This document shows, piece after piece, positions 1 to 11,400 of a DNA stretch of 64,000 nucleotides. The DNA is from a virus, in the IMG/VR virus record IMGVR_UViG_3300000062_000005; one strand, given 5' to 3'. The notes below the pieces were generated by a model, which was given only the letters and a program-made list of their open reading frames with translations, searched no databases and had not been told where the DNA came from. The stretch's first letter is position 1; each line of letters starts with the position of its first letter. A program made the position numbers and the translations under genes.

Positions 1-1537
1 GGATAGGTATCAACACTACTTCACTATCCACAATGACTTCGGACATTAATATTCCTTCTGGACCTTGAGGACCTACCGGTCCCATGGGGCCTTCTGGGCC
101 TTGGATTCCAGGAGACCCAGGAATACCTTGAGAACCTCCAGGACCCTGTACTCCCTGTATACCTTGGGGCCCAGCTGGACCTTGTTCACCCTGCTCACCT
201 TGGATGCCTTGCTCTCCCGGAGTGCCTTGTGGTCCTATGGGTCCTTGTATTCTTCCAACATTTTTCCAATCTGGAATACTCTCATCCCAAATGAAAAGGT
301 CTCCAGCAACTATATAGCCATCTCCTAGGTTTCCAGTGGGGTGAGCGGCCCTCAAGTCTGATTCTGTAGCATACGAACCCAGTATTATGATGGAAGTGCC
401 ATCTTGCCCATCTGCTCCTGATGGTCCTGGAACTCCTTGAATGCCCTGAGTTCCTTGTATACCTTGAGGACCTATAGGGCCCTCAGGTCCAGTAATTCCT
501 TGGGGTCCTGTTAAACCAGTGGGACCAATAGTTCCCGGAGAACCTTGAACCCCAGGTATTCCTTGTGCACCCGGAGAACCTTGAACCCCAGGTATTCCTT
601 GTGGCCCTACTAACCCTTGTATGCCCTGAGGTCCTGCAGGTCCATCCTGACCTTGAAGGCCTCTAGCATATGTTGTGTTCGACCATTCACGACCGTTCCA
701 AGTCCAAATTTCCTCTGTATCTTGAACAAAATAAGTATCTCCAATATCTGCAGTTGTTGGCAAATCCGCAAAAGAGGGAAGTTCTCCCAAGTAGGTCATT
801 CCAACTCCTGGAGGACCCTCAACCCCTTGAGGGCCAATCGGTCCTTGAATGCCTTGAATACCAGTAGGACCTGTCGCACCCTGTGGGCCAGTATCACCCT
901 GGGGACCCTCTACACCCATAAGGCCGGTAGGACCCATAATGTCGATGGGAGCAGGATTAGGAAGGCCCCCGTTGTTGGACCATGAAATAATACCTAAATG
1001 AGATACATCGGGAATAAATATTGTATCAGAGCCTCTCCCAGAAACTATTTCTTTATAAATACTATCTCTCATAGACCAGTACTGTATTGTATTATTTTCA
1101 GTTTCTGACAGTAAGTCTATTTTGTCATCTTCTGTCCGAATAAAAGTATTGGGAGGAATGGGGGGGGTTGGGCTATCAGGACTCTCAAACCTACGCATAC
1201 TAAAAGAACACTCATTGGAAATTTCCACAAAGGGGATATTGGGATAGTCTATATGCTTGAACACCACAGCAAACTTTATCATAGAATATTGGGTCAAAGC
1301 ATCATCCAAGATATATTCATCGCTAGTCATGGCAGCAGAGAAAATATCAATAGAGCCATCTGACTTTACACAGTGTAATACCAAAGACATTGATTTATCC
1401 TCATACTTCTTAGGTATGTCAAATTTTAACATTCTAGCACTATCATCAGTCTGGGTAGAAATTATTCCCAGATTGCTAGGAATTCGCATCAAGTTGACAT
1501 CACTAGACTCTGTGATGAAAATTTTTGTGACATTCAT
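1..1537 (-). CDS. Collagen-repeat tail fibre/baseplate protein, 5' part only (cut by the window start; full copy at 50340-52115)
   Basis: Same sequence as the start of the 591-aa ORF at 50340-52115, with G-X-Y repeats. Confidence 0.85.
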   Translation of the reverse strand, partial: MNVTKIFITESSDVNLMRIPSNLGIISTQTDDSARMLKFDIPKKYEDKSMSLVLHCVKSDGSIDIFSAAMTSDEYILDDALTQYSMIKFAVVFKHIDYPNIPFVEISNECSFSMRRFESPDSPTPPIPPNTFIRTEDDKIDLLSETENNTIQYWSMRDSIYKEIVSGRGSDTIFIPDVSHLGIISWSNNGGLPNPAPIDIMGPTGLMGVEGPQGDTGPQGATGPTGIQGIQGPIGPQGVEGPPGVGMTYLGELPSFADLPTTADIGDTYFVQDTEEIWTWNGREWSNTTYARGLQGQDGPAGPQGIQGLVGPQGIPGVQGSPGAQGIPGVQGSPGTIGPTGLTGPQGITGPEGPIGPQGIQGTQGIQGVPGPSGADGQDGTSIIILGSYATESDLRAAHPTGNLGDGYIVAGDLFIWDESIPDWKNVGRIQGPIGPQGTPGEQGIQGEQGEQGPAGPQGIQGVQGPGGSQGIPGSPGIQGPEGPMGPVGPQGPEGILMSEVIVDSEVVLIPI

Positions 1538-1555
1538 GTTACCCCTCCTTTATTT

Positions 1556-1846
1556 TCAATTTTTTCCGTTCATTGAATCAATACGATGATGAGCCTGTTT
1601 CGCAGAGGCTTCTACCTTTGTCATTCGCTCCGCAATGTCTAGGTATTTCTCGTCCTGCGCCTCCTGCTTGCGCTTGATATCGTCAATGCCAGATTTTACA
1701 TAACCAAGCTCTGTTAATACAACAGCTTCTTCTTTTGCCTTCTCTCGCAATTCTTTATCGCGTGTGCGTTGGGCACCTACAAGTCCGACTACCACACCGA
1801 TGAGTGAACAGGCTATTCCAATCATCACAGTGAGTTCAACCGCCAT
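1556..1846 (-). CDS. Small membrane protein, holin/XhlA-like
   Basis: 96 aa with one N-terminal TM helix (VMIGIACSLIGVVVGLVGA) and a coiled-coil tail ending SAKQAHHRID; directly after the endolysin. Confidence 0.65.
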   Translation of the reverse strand: MAVELTVMIGIACSLIGVVVGLVGAQRTRDKELREKAKEEAVVLTELGYVKSGIDDIKRKQEAQDEKYLDIAERMTKVEASAKQAHHRIDSMNGKN

Positions 1847-2564
1847 CCTCTGTCTTCCCTTCTTTCAACTTCTCCCACACTCTGTTGTTCATAACTGCAG
1901 CTTCCTGTCTAGTTATGAACCTTTGTGGCGCTGTTCCATCAGTTATACCGTTATTCTTTGCTTGCTCAAACTCTTGCAATTTCATATCCCATTCTAATAT
2001 ACCTTTTTCAGACAATTCGCTTTGATATTGCATCATATATTCTTTGAATTTCTCATAGCTCATCTTGGGTTCCTCTAATCCTTCCTTAAACGTCTCCCAC
2101 AGGCTCTCATCTTGCACCCACGGCCTCGGACACTCTTTGCCGGTCACATCATAGTGCCGCACGATATGGGCCGTGTCGATGCCATACTGCGCCATCAGAA
2201 GCTTTACCAAATCCGCAGCACGGGCAACCACCTCTGGCTTGATATAATAGCTTCCGTCTGCGTTCTTCCGGCTGCACATTTCAATGCCGATGCTGTTTAC
2301 GTTTCTGCAATCGGGATGCTTGTATTTTCCGTCTGTGCGCCCGCAGTGATAGGCGATGTCCTTGTCTTTTACCGACTGCCAGACGCTAGTTTCATCTACA
2401 AAATAGTGGGCGCTGGTCAGCAGCTTCGGGCGGGCAAAATAATTGCAGTTACCCAAAGCCGTGTCGCCGTCATTTCCGGTATAGTGCATCACGAGATAAA
2501 GGATTTTGCGATTGCTGCCGACTTTGAAATTGTCCGCATGACACGGCATGAATCCGTCAATCAT
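1836..2564 (-). CDS. Endolysin, N-acetylmuramoyl-L-alanine amidase (Amidase_2 type)
   Basis: Zn-amidase motifs VMHYT, SAHYFVD, SIGIEMC, RHYDVTGKECP; C-terminal DGTAPQRFITRQEAAVM resembles an SLH-like cell-wall-binding repeat. Confidence 0.93.
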   Translation of the reverse strand: MIDGFMPCHADNFKVGSNRKILYLVMHYTGNDGDTALGNCNYFARPKLLTSAHYFVDETSVWQSVKDKDIAYHCGRTDGKYKHPDCRNVNSIGIEMCSRKNADGSYYIKPEVVARAADLVKLLMAQYGIDTAHIVRHYDVTGKECPRPWVQDESLWETFKEGLEEPKMSYEKFKEYMMQYQSELSEKGILEWDMKLQEFEQAKNNGITDGTAPQRFITRQEAAVMNNRVWEKLKEGKTEDGG

Positions 2565-3247
2565 CCTCTAACCACCTTAACGTCTGTTACAATTTCCCAC
2601 CAATCAGAGCCCTCCAAGGGTACCCTGACATTTCCTTTATTGTGAGGTCGTTTACATCTCCAAATATAACCTGTGTGTGATACCTTGTCATTTTCCTCGA
2701 ATGGATGGTTAGTTTCACAATCTAACCAGACTAAAATCACTTCTTCCTCCACAGGTAATAGCTCCCATCTGTCTGGGTGCGTTTCAGGTGATTGGTCTTT
2801 ATTATATGTAAGTGATTTATACTTTTCTCCCTTGAAAGTCATTACATCACCCTCAATATAACGCTTCGTAGGGTCGTATTCTGCTTTTGGGTCTGGCCTA
2901 ACAGAGATTCCTAAATCTCTTAATTCTTGTTCATGTGCATTGTCTTGGGACTTTATGAGTTCTTCTAGCTTCTCTATTTCCCCCTGTGCAACCTTTAACT
3001 CTTCTTCCAGTGGAGAAGGTTTTTCAAGTACGAGAGCAAACTCTCCCTCAACCTGTAAGTTCTTGGTTAAGACTATTTTTCTAGTCCACCCTACCAAATT
3101 TTCCACAGGAGCCCCCACATTCGTAGTCACTATTAAAGATTCAGTGTTCATGGTGAGCAAGGCTTCTTCTGTGGCATTAGTGAATGCGATTGTAAGTCTG
3201 TCACCAGTTACAAAATAGTCTGTAGCCACAATGTCATTTATAAACAT
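2561..3247 (-). CDS. Tail-associated protein with two short Trp-rich carbohydrate-binding-like modules
   Basis: YDPTKRYIEGDVMTFKGEKYKS...DRWELL and FEENDKVSHTGYIWRC...WWEIV resemble CBM5/12 (ChtBD3-like) repeats. Confidence 0.55.
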   Translation of the reverse strand: MFINDIVATDYFVTGDRLTIAFTNATEEALLTMNTESLIVTTNVGAPVENLVGWTRKIVLTKNLQVEGEFALVLEKPSPLEEELKVAQGEIEKLEELIKSQDNAHEQELRDLGISVRPDPKAEYDPTKRYIEGDVMTFKGEKYKSLTYNKDQSPETHPDRWELLPVEEEVILVWLDCETNHPFEENDKVSHTGYIWRCKRPHNKGNVRVPLEGSDWWEIVTDVKVVRG

Positions 3248-5095
3248 CTACTGATCCCTCCCAAATTTTAATCTCATGATACCCCTAGCTAAGCTGGGTC
3301 CTCTAGTAAAAATAGTGAAATTCTTAGAGTTTGTAGCCATAAACCCATATAAATAGGAAGACTTTTTATAAGGTTTTACCCTTATAACTCTGCGTTGTCC
3401 CCTAGGAACGACCTCTATCGTTTCTCTATAGTTACTAATTCCCCAAAAGAAAAGACCATTAGAATTACCGGAGCTAGCCCCGTTAGGAAGCCTTCCCAGG
3501 AGAGGCCTTGGGTTAGTTCCAGCAGTAGACGTAGCAGGGTCTATATATGCGTCAGCAACGTTTAACCATAGTATGGCTTCATTGTCACTTCCCAGAATTA
3601 CCGGGTTAAATTGATAGGAGTTAATACCCCTTGCAGTAAGTATCATGCTTGGTGGGGAAATGCGTTGCCCCATCCAATAAACATAATAAGATACTATATT
3701 ATTTGAACTTACTACTCTTATTATTAATCCTCCCCTAGCATTACTGGGTCCTTGGTATACAGAAATTGAGGCCCCATTTGACGATATAGCCAATGTTTGA
3801 GTAGTCACCCCGTCCTGGGGATTATACAAGGTGTAATATTGAAACTGTCCAGCGGTGTTCTGGAGAACAGCAGTTCCATCAGTAAGTTGGTAAACACTTA
3901 ATGTTCCAGTCCGAACATTATCAGAAAGATTTATTGAAATAGAACTTACTGCTATATTAGTCCCTGATTTTATAATAAAGGTAGATATAGGGGCAGAAAC
4001 ATTGGGTTGAAATGTCAGCAGTACAAAGTTGTTCTCTAAGTCCACAAATCCGTTGTATCTTCTAGCTGGAGTATGAAGGCTAATACTAGTAGAAACTCCA
4101 GAGCTTATGTCATATTTGTAACAGACTAGGCTATCAGATAACTCTGGGTACACAAGAACTTCATCATTGTTATTTATAAAAGCATTCCAATTTACTCCCG
4201 TAAGGGGGCCTGAAATGACAGTGGCTACAGTTGCATCAGAAGGACAAACTAAAACCCTTTGGGGAGAACTTTGTAAGACTATTATAATGCTTCCCAAACT
4301 ATTAACCTTAACAGACGTAATAGCTTGAGTTCCCACTGCAGTTATATTGATTGTTTCTAATACTCCAAACTTAATCCTAACAACTTTTTTTTCTGCAAGA
4401 TGGTACAAAATAAAGGCATCATCAGCGGCTAAGTAACTATAACCTGTGTAAGCCCCCGGTACTTGAACTAAAGAAGTTCCTCCTGCTGCCAGATACCAAA
4501 TCTCTGGACCTGCTGCTACATAAAAATCACCATTAGCTAAGGGATTATATGCCCCTGAGAGTCCAGCAGGTATATTTTCAACCTCAAGCATCTCCTTAGA
4601 ATTTCCCCGGAGAGCTCCTATAGCAGGATTATCACTATCTCTTCGAAGTAAAAAGAAATCTTTTGTTGAGGAATAAACAGCTATTGAGCCGGAGCCACTA
4701 GTACTAAAAGAATGCTCTGTTAATCCAATATCTCCTCTACAAAGGGAAGTCAAAAAAGCGGTTTGAAGCTGTGGGTTTGTCTCTAGTTTTTCTAAGACAT
4801 TATCATCAATAAACAAGTCATTTATGTCTGTAAAACTAGTATTCAACACAAAATTAGCCCAATTAAGCATTGCCCTCGCTAAATATCCAAAACCCTCTAA
4901 TACATCTAACAAATCAGAAGTATTTTCATCGAATGACCCAAACACTGTTTGTAAAGCTCCCATGTTGCTAAGAAATTCTTCCGCCGTAATGGGATTATGC
5001 ATTATATTTCTAAGATTGCCTGGACCTTTTGACATATTTCCTTTCAAAAGTTGAGTGTATTGCATTACATCTTGATTATTAATTCCTATTGGCAT
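3248..5095 (-). CDS. Putative receptor-binding/tail-tip protein (beta-rich)
   Basis: 615 aa, S/T/N/G-rich with beta-strand periodicity; lies after the baseplate genes. Confidence 0.55.
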   Translation of the reverse strand: MPIGINNQDVMQYTQLLKGNMSKGPGNLRNIMHNPITAEEFLSNMGALQTVFGSFDENTSDLLDVLEGFGYLARAMLNWANFVLNTSFTDINDLFIDDNVLEKLETNPQLQTAFLTSLCRGDIGLTEHSFSTSGSGSIAVYSSTKDFFLLRRDSDNPAIGALRGNSKEMLEVENIPAGLSGAYNPLANGDFYVAAGPEIWYLAAGGTSLVQVPGAYTGYSYLAADDAFILYHLAEKKVVRIKFGVLETINITAVGTQAITSVKVNSLGSIIIVLQSSPQRVLVCPSDATVATVISGPLTGVNWNAFINNNDEVLVYPELSDSLVCYKYDISSGVSTSISLHTPARRYNGFVDLENNFVLLTFQPNVSAPISTFIIKSGTNIAVSSISINLSDNVRTGTLSVYQLTDGTAVLQNTAGQFQYYTLYNPQDGVTTQTLAISSNGASISVYQGPSNARGGLIIRVVSSNNIVSYYVYWMGQRISPPSMILTARGINSYQFNPVILGSDNEAILWLNVADAYIDPATSTAGTNPRPLLGRLPNGASSGNSNGLFFWGISNYRETIEVVPRGQRRVIRVKPYKKSSYLYGFMATNSKNFTIFTRGPSLARGIMRLKFGRDQ

Positions 5096-5933
5096 TAGTT
5101 ATAGCACCTCCGTTATAAATAGCCTTCCAAGCAATTTGGTATGCTGCAGCAGTTGTCGTGAATCCTGACATTAAAGTATTTGCTACATTTGCAGAAGTAG
5201 ACGCTACTCCTGTAGCAGTATAATACGTTGCTGTAGCCGGTACCCTAATAATACATTGGAAATTTTTGGTTGTTACATTTGCAATTGATATAGCTACATC
5301 CAAAATACTACTAGACAAAGCATTAGGGTTATTAACTTGGGCCGTTACTTTTGGAATATCCATAAATTCCCTACTAAAGGGTATTGTTTGCCATCCTGCC
5401 CCAACATTAAAGTAAGTTCCCGAGTCAATCACAACATCATCCATCTCAGTAAAAATATGTGTTGTGCTACCTTCTCCAGCGCTTCCTTGCACTATAAAAC
5501 TGTCCAAAACCTGACTATATACCACAGTTATCCAAGTTCCGGGAGGAGTTCCCGCTAGAGGTGCTCCAGAGGGTAAGATAATAGGGATATCAGCAGTATT
5601 GTTGATATTTAGCCTAGTCTTACCATCAAGTCCTGGAATTGGTATATTGTGTAATTGTATTCTAGCAGCAGCTCCATTGAATAGGGAAAAACCCTCTTGG
5701 GCCAATTGAAAAAATGTTGAAGTTCCTGTGGTTATTCCGGAGGCGGCTAAACATTCATCCCAAGCTAGCTTATTTTGTCTCATCCCTTCAGTTATTATGG
5801 GATTTTTTAGGATGAGTTGGGCATTTGATACCACAGAAACTCCGGCACTATTTACAATGTCATATCTGGGGATGACTGCAGTATCAGTAGATAGCGCTTT
5901 ATCCAATACTTCATCGACGCGTCTTTGTGCCAT
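5079..5933 (-). CDS. Tail fibre/baseplate protein with C-terminal lectin-like domain
   Basis: 284 aa; GWQTIPFSREFMDIPKVTAQV resembles the H-type lectin/gp53-like C-termini of tail fibres. Confidence 0.55.
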   Translation of the reverse strand: MAQRRVDEVLDKALSTDTAVIPRYDIVNSAGVSVVSNAQLILKNPIITEGMRQNKLAWDECLAASGITTGTSTFFQLAQEGFSLFNGAAARIQLHNIPIPGLDGKTRLNINNTADIPIILPSGAPLAGTPPGTWITVVYSQVLDSFIVQGSAGEGSTTHIFTEMDDVVIDSGTYFNVGAGWQTIPFSREFMDIPKVTAQVNNPNALSSSILDVAISIANVTTKNFQCIIRVPATATYYTATGVASTSANVANTLMSGFTTTAAAYQIAWKAIYNGGAITNANRN

Positions 5934-6410
5934 TTAATACCTTCCTCTCGTAAAATGTTGTATTCGTAAAATATTTCCACTAAAACTCGTGCCACAGATA
6001 ATATCAGAGTCATATCTGTTTAGCCAGAGATTTATTTGCCACAGGTCAAAAGTGTAACTCTCTATGATATTTATTTTGGCAAAAGTGTTAAAGGGCAGTT
6101 CTGGAACAGGTCGCATTAAGTCAATCATAAAAGTTAATAATCTTTCCAAGTCCTCTTTTATGGTAACTATCTCACTTCTTGTATCTACAACATCTTTTTC
6201 CCAGACAAGCTTACAGTTTACATGAATAATATATCCAATCTCTGATAATGCTTGTGATAACCAATGAATATTGTTTGTCAACCTGTTCCAGTCTAGTGCA
6301 TTCTGTGCTCCCTTTAATTCAACAGAATTTCTGTGTGTTTTGGCATATTCAACATCAGCTTGGGTTCTGTCAAAGATAGGTTGAATCCAGCTAAGTGACG
6401 GCATTTCCAA
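5934..6410 (-). CDS. Minor tail/baseplate protein
   Basis: WIQPIFDRTQADV...KGAQNALDWNRL motif typical of Firmicutes siphophage tail genes; gene position fits. Confidence 0.55.
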   Translation of the reverse strand: MEMPSLSWIQPIFDRTQADVEYAKTHRNSVELKGAQNALDWNRLTNNIHWLSQALSEIGYIIHVNCKLVWEKDVVDTRSEIVTIKEDLERLLTFMIDLMRPVPELPFNTFAKINIIESYTFDLWQINLWLNRYDSDIICGTSFSGNILRIQHFTRGRY

Positions 6411-8073
6411 TCACCACCATTTCTGCACTATTTGCTCTTAAATCAATATCTAGCCCTGTGATTAGCCCCTCAAGAGATCTTCCTTTTGTTTCCATCGTAG
6501 CTACATAACCTACCTCTTTATCATCTAGAGCTATGTCTGTAGTTGACTTAATTCTATAATGTAATAACTCAAACTGCTTTTGGGCTAAGTAATCTGCAGT
6601 CTCTGGACTAACTAGGGTAAAATCGTCGAATTTCTTTAGGGCGTCTATCTCACCAGCAGTCACTTCTTCTCGTACGATATGTGATTGTTGATTTTCAATA
6701 TACACACTTCCTTCAAGTAGTACTTCTGTTTCCACAGGAACAACTAAGATTGCATAATTCACATGACTTTCAATGATAGTGGCTTCAGTTACTTCTAGGG
6801 AGTGCATAGGGTTTCTAAAAGATATCCGGTGTCTTCCAACGGTCAGGACATCTTTAAACAGCTGTCTCACTTCTGTTCCGGGGGTATAACTATACGAGAT
6901 AACTTCAACTCCAGAGAAATATTCTGTGGGTTCATCTTGTCCCTTCCTATATTGCCTTTCTAGGGGTATATTAAGGGTAGACACGGTGTCTCTGTCGTAT
7001 ATCCATATATACTCTCTTCTTGAGGTATCTGCTATGGCGTGTATAGCGAAGAGAATATGTTGGAGAGCTTCTCCACAGGTGCCTGAAGGAATCCACCCAG
7101 TCACTGTAGAATCAGATAGAGAGGGATCTATTTGATAACCTATAAGGCCCGTGGGAAATACTATGCCAAATAGCTCGTTAAGTAAGTCTATAGCTGGTTT
7201 TCTTATGTATAATCCCCCAGTAAAAGCATATAAATCAAATATGCTAATGGCATCTTCAGTATCAACGCTAAATTCTATTCCAGAACGTTTGGAATCTTTC
7301 CACTTAGTCAAGAAAAAAGCCCCATATAGGACACTATCTTTATAGACTTGCATTAATTGACGTTTCATCATCATATCATCAAAATTCTCACTCATGATGG
7401 GGCTAAAAATACTGTTCCTTGTTCTTATTTTTGCGTTCATCGTATTTATACTTAAAGTCTTGACAGTAGGGTCAATCTCTTCATTAATGTAGCATGAGCT
7501 AATTTCTGCATCGTAGAAAGTTCTAATGATACCAAAGTCTATGGCGTATAGCTTTATGAACCTATTCCTTATGTTAGTAGACAAGAACTCAGTTTTGATT
7601 CTTCTATAATCCAAAACACTCTGGGAAACAATAGCCAAGTTGGAAGTTTGTGGATATTCCCCGGTATGGATGATAGTATTTGAACTGTCATACCAAGTCA
7701 CTCTTATCCTATTTGCATAGTCATCTGTGTGCGGGTAAAAGTAATATGTTACACCTAGTGACTTATGATTGGCTCCAAAATAGATGTCTAGTGTTGGGGG
7801 ACTATCCCCAAAGCTTCCAAAATCATCACTTACTCCCTCACTCCAGAATCCAAAGGTTGTTAGGGGTGAAACCTCATCAGGAAAATGTTGTTTTGAACCA
7901 TCCAAAATGGAAAAGTTATGCTCATTTGTTGCATAGTTTGGAGGAACAGGAACTCCATCAAACCTCAGATTGTCTATGACACTCCAAGGTTTGATGGGAG
8001 TTACTATGATGTCCACAATATCTTGTTTTGCTACGGGGTCTACTTGTCCAAATCTAATTGATAATTCAGACAT
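6391..8073 (-). CDS. Baseplate hub/Tal-like tail protein
   Basis: 560 aa, second gene after the tape measure. Confidence 0.6.
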   Translation of the reverse strand: MSELSIRFGQVDPVAKQDIVDIIVTPIKPWSVIDNLRFDGVPVPPNYATNEHNFSILDGSKQHFPDEVSPLTTFGFWSEGVSDDFGSFGDSPPTLDIYFGANHKSLGVTYYFYPHTDDYANRIRVTWYDSSNTIIHTGEYPQTSNLAIVSQSVLDYRRIKTEFLSTNIRNRFIKLYAIDFGIIRTFYDAEISSCYINEEIDPTVKTLSINTMNAKIRTRNSIFSPIMSENFDDMMMKRQLMQVYKDSVLYGAFFLTKWKDSKRSGIEFSVDTEDAISIFDLYAFTGGLYIRKPAIDLLNELFGIVFPTGLIGYQIDPSLSDSTVTGWIPSGTCGEALQHILFAIHAIADTSRREYIWIYDRDTVSTLNIPLERQYRKGQDEPTEYFSGVEVISYSYTPGTEVRQLFKDVLTVGRHRISFRNPMHSLEVTEATIIESHVNYAILVVPVETEVLLEGSVYIENQQSHIVREEVTAGEIDALKKFDDFTLVSPETADYLAQKQFELLHYRIKSTTDIALDDKEVGYVATMETKGRSLEGLITGLDIDLRANSAEMVVIGNAVT

Positions 8074-8470
8074 ATTTATTACCTCTTTGAGCTATAAAGT
8101 TTGCCTTTATATTGCCTGTTCTGATGGAGTTATCAGAATTACTTCTTCTGAATTCTATTCCTTCTAATGTAAAATACATATTTTGGGTTAAGTCATTACC
8201 AAGTAAGTCGACAACAGTGACAGGAACAAATTCTATAGAACCTAAAGACAGACAAGTGTTATACAAATGCTTGAAGTCTTCATTTGTGGAAAGAGTAGAA
8301 TATATCTCTATTTGGAAATTCAAGATATATCCCTGAGGCTGACGTATCATATCCCACAGGTCTGCATTACTTCTTCCAGTTCCCGGACCGTCTAAGAGTT
8401 CAATCTTAGGAACATAGGAGATTATCTCCAGTGACCTTAGCTCCCGGCCATTTACAGTTAAAGTCATCAT
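8066..8470 (-). CDS. Distal tail protein (Dit-like)
   Basis: 134 aa directly after the tape measure; LDGPGTGRS..DMIRQ motif. Confidence 0.55.
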   Translation of the reverse strand: MMTLTVNGRELRSLEIISYVPKIELLDGPGTGRSNADLWDMIRQPQGYILNFQIEIYSTLSTNEDFKHLYNTCLSLGSIEFVPVTVVDLLGNDLTQNMYFTLEGIEFRRSNSDNSIRTGNIKANFIAQRGNKYV

Positions 8471-11400
8471 ACTGTCACCGCCTTCGCAGATATCCTGTCA
8501 CCTGATAATCGTCTCTGTTTATCCAAGAGGGGAACTAACACCTTACCTAAAGTTCTTCCTTCAAACTCTATAGTTAGCTCAATAGGTGCTTGTCCTCCTA
8601 GGGCCCCAACACCTCCGAGTTCTGCCAGCACGTCTTTTATGGCAGCAGTTGCTTCCTCTCTCATCGCCGACCTTGGAGACACAATTTCTTCTTCCCTTGT
8701 ATTATCTCCCACCACTACCTGTCTTGGCTTGTTAGGTGGAATCAATCCACCCTGAGCCAGTCTTGGTATGGCTATGGGTACTGGAGATGGAATAGATAAG
8801 AATATTGGGGGCTCAAGCATCGCCAACATCATAGCTATCTGCTGACACATGTTGTAAACAGATCTTACCATACTGTTGGTAAATGTTTCAGTCTTTCCGA
8901 TAACAATATTATACAGGTTAGTAAATTGACCTATAATTCCAGGACTTGTAGAATCCACAGTGGACCGGATGATGCCCATCATTTGAAGAACTGCACCTTC
9001 TACTAGTGGCAGACCGTCATCAAAGGCTAATAATAGACCTTCTACTAGATTAGTTCCTTGTTCAATAGTAATGTCAGCTGGGGAATGTATGCCCATAGCT
9101 TCATCTCCAGCTGCCACCATGCCATCTAACATAGAGGCATAATTACTAGCTATTTGACCTTTGTTATCATCTAGTCCTTTACCAAGACCGTCCACCAAAG
9201 CATCACTGGTGTCAGAGGCCCCAGATGAAGCTTCTCCAGTCATTCCTTTCCAGAAATCGCTCCATGCAGTTTTTACTCCATCCCACCATTTGCTTAGTCT
9301 GGTAAAAACCTTTCCTGTCTGCAGATCTATCTCTCCATCAATGCCTTCCCACCCAGAAGTCGTCTTAGCTACCAGCTCATTATACTTTGTCTCTTCCTCG
9401 GAGATAATATCTTTTCTTTGCTGTATAGCTGCAGCTACCATTAATTGGTATTCACCGTCAGTAATCTGACCAGCTTCTTTGAGTCTCTGGGCTTCTTTAA
9501 TCTGACCGTTCATCTGTTCTGTGGCTTCTTTAATAATATCCTTTTTATGTTGGGCAGCAGCAGCTAGAGTATCTGCAGCATGTCTCTTATCTATAGTCTC
9601 TAAATCTGTGGCCCTCGTCTCAGCTAGGGAGGCTCTTTCAGCATCATTTTCCACAGTGGCATCAATGACAGAGCTTAAAAACTCCTCGTTTGCCAGCAAT
9701 AGAGCTCGATAATGTTCATCTTCCATAGTTCCACCTTCTTCAAGGTGAGTTCTAAGTTGATCATTTATCCTATTTTGAGCATCCAGAATTCCGAGCTCTC
9801 GTTCGTTGTATTGCTCTATGATTTGGTCCTTGTTATCTATGTAGATCTGAAGTTCTGCGCCAGCATTTTGCTGTAAGCTAACTAGTTCAGCTTCTCTAGC
9901 AATTTGAATTTCTTCAAACTTAGCTATTTTTTCATCGGAATATTGTTCGAAAGCAGCCACAGATGCAGCATATTCACTACTTTCAGTGCCATAATCCAAA
10001 GCAGCTTGACGAACAGCATTCTCTAAGGTAGTACTCTGACGATTAATCTGGGCTATTGCGTCATCGTAAAATTTATTCACTGTAGCAATTCGCTCTTCAT
10101 ACTGAACAGCTTCATCTCCAAAAATAGCCGCAAGATTTGCTATGGATTCTCGCTTCATTCTCTCCAAATCACTTATTGCAGAATCTGCCATGTCTCGGAA
10201 ATACCCAGAAATAGCCAGCGTATTATCCCTTACTATAGGTCCTCCTTCTAAGAACATCTCCGTAAGAGCTTCTCTTACCTGATCTGCTTTATCTATGAAT
10301 GGAGTTAGGGCTTTCTGGGTGGCTTCAGAGATACTGTCTCCGAATCTCTCAACGTCAGGGATAACTTCAGCTCCCAAAACCTTGGACATAGCAATGGCTG
10401 CTGCGCCTAGTCCTGCCAGTATTCCAATTGCCCACCCTACTGGACCAAAACCTATTAACATCGCTGTTCCTAAGGCCGTGAGAGCTCCTGCCAATATTCC
10501 TAGGGCCACAGTCAACTCTGGCGAAAGGTCATTTAATGCTACAAAGGTTGCCAAAGCTACTCCAAGCATTACAAAGCCTGCTCCAGAGGAAATCACTATT
10601 TGTAAAAACTTAAAGGCTGCAGCCACTCCATTGATTATAGTTGGAAGATTAACTATTGCATAGTATGCTAATAGTGCTGTTGCTATTCCCATCAACATGG
10701 CAGCTACAGGCTCTCCGAATAACCCTGACAGGAAGTCATAGATGGCCCCGAAGGCTGCACCAAAGATAAGGAACATAGCATTGATAATGCCAAGCCAATC
10801 TATGGCTAAGAGAAATTCTTTTATACTCTCTCCAACAAGCCCCCAATTTACTCCTCGAATAGCTTCCAGTAAAGTAGTCAGTAGTCCTAGTATAAAAGTT
10901 GACACAGTGGTTCCAGCTGTGGACCAACTAAAAGTGCTAAAGAAAGAATTAATCCCTGCAGCTATTGATTGTCCCAACCCAGCCCAGTCAAATGTTCTAG
11001 CAAATCCTAGAGCAAATAGGAAGGCTGTATTTAGCCCTTGAGCTATAGTATATCCTGCAGCTATCCACAGGTCTGGGTTAGCCAGTGCTCCACTTAAAAA
11101 TGCCCCCAGCTTAATTCCAAAACTGTATGACCAATCTTGTATCTTATCCCAGTTTATACCAAATAAGCCTTTAGCTATTTTATCCGATATTCCTTTACCT
11201 AAATTATAAAAATAGTCCTCATCGGGAACAATTTCCAATAATTTTCTTCTGAATTCTTCAAGCCAGGCCATGTCTATCTCAGGCTCTTTTACATTGTCAA
11301 ATAGATCGCTGAAAGCATCACCCGTTCCAGCTCCTCCAGATGCAGTATCTGCAGCAGCTTGGTTGATATCATCAAACTTAGCTAAGAATTTACCTGCATC

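Noticed and set aside
534-603. 36-nt tandem repeat that might suggest a CRISPR-like array
   Set aside because: It lies in frame within collagen G-X-Y coding sequence and has no unique spacers.
3248-5933. Diversity-generating retroelement acting on tail proteins
   Set aside because: No reverse transcriptase and no TR/VR repeat pair seen in the complete unit.
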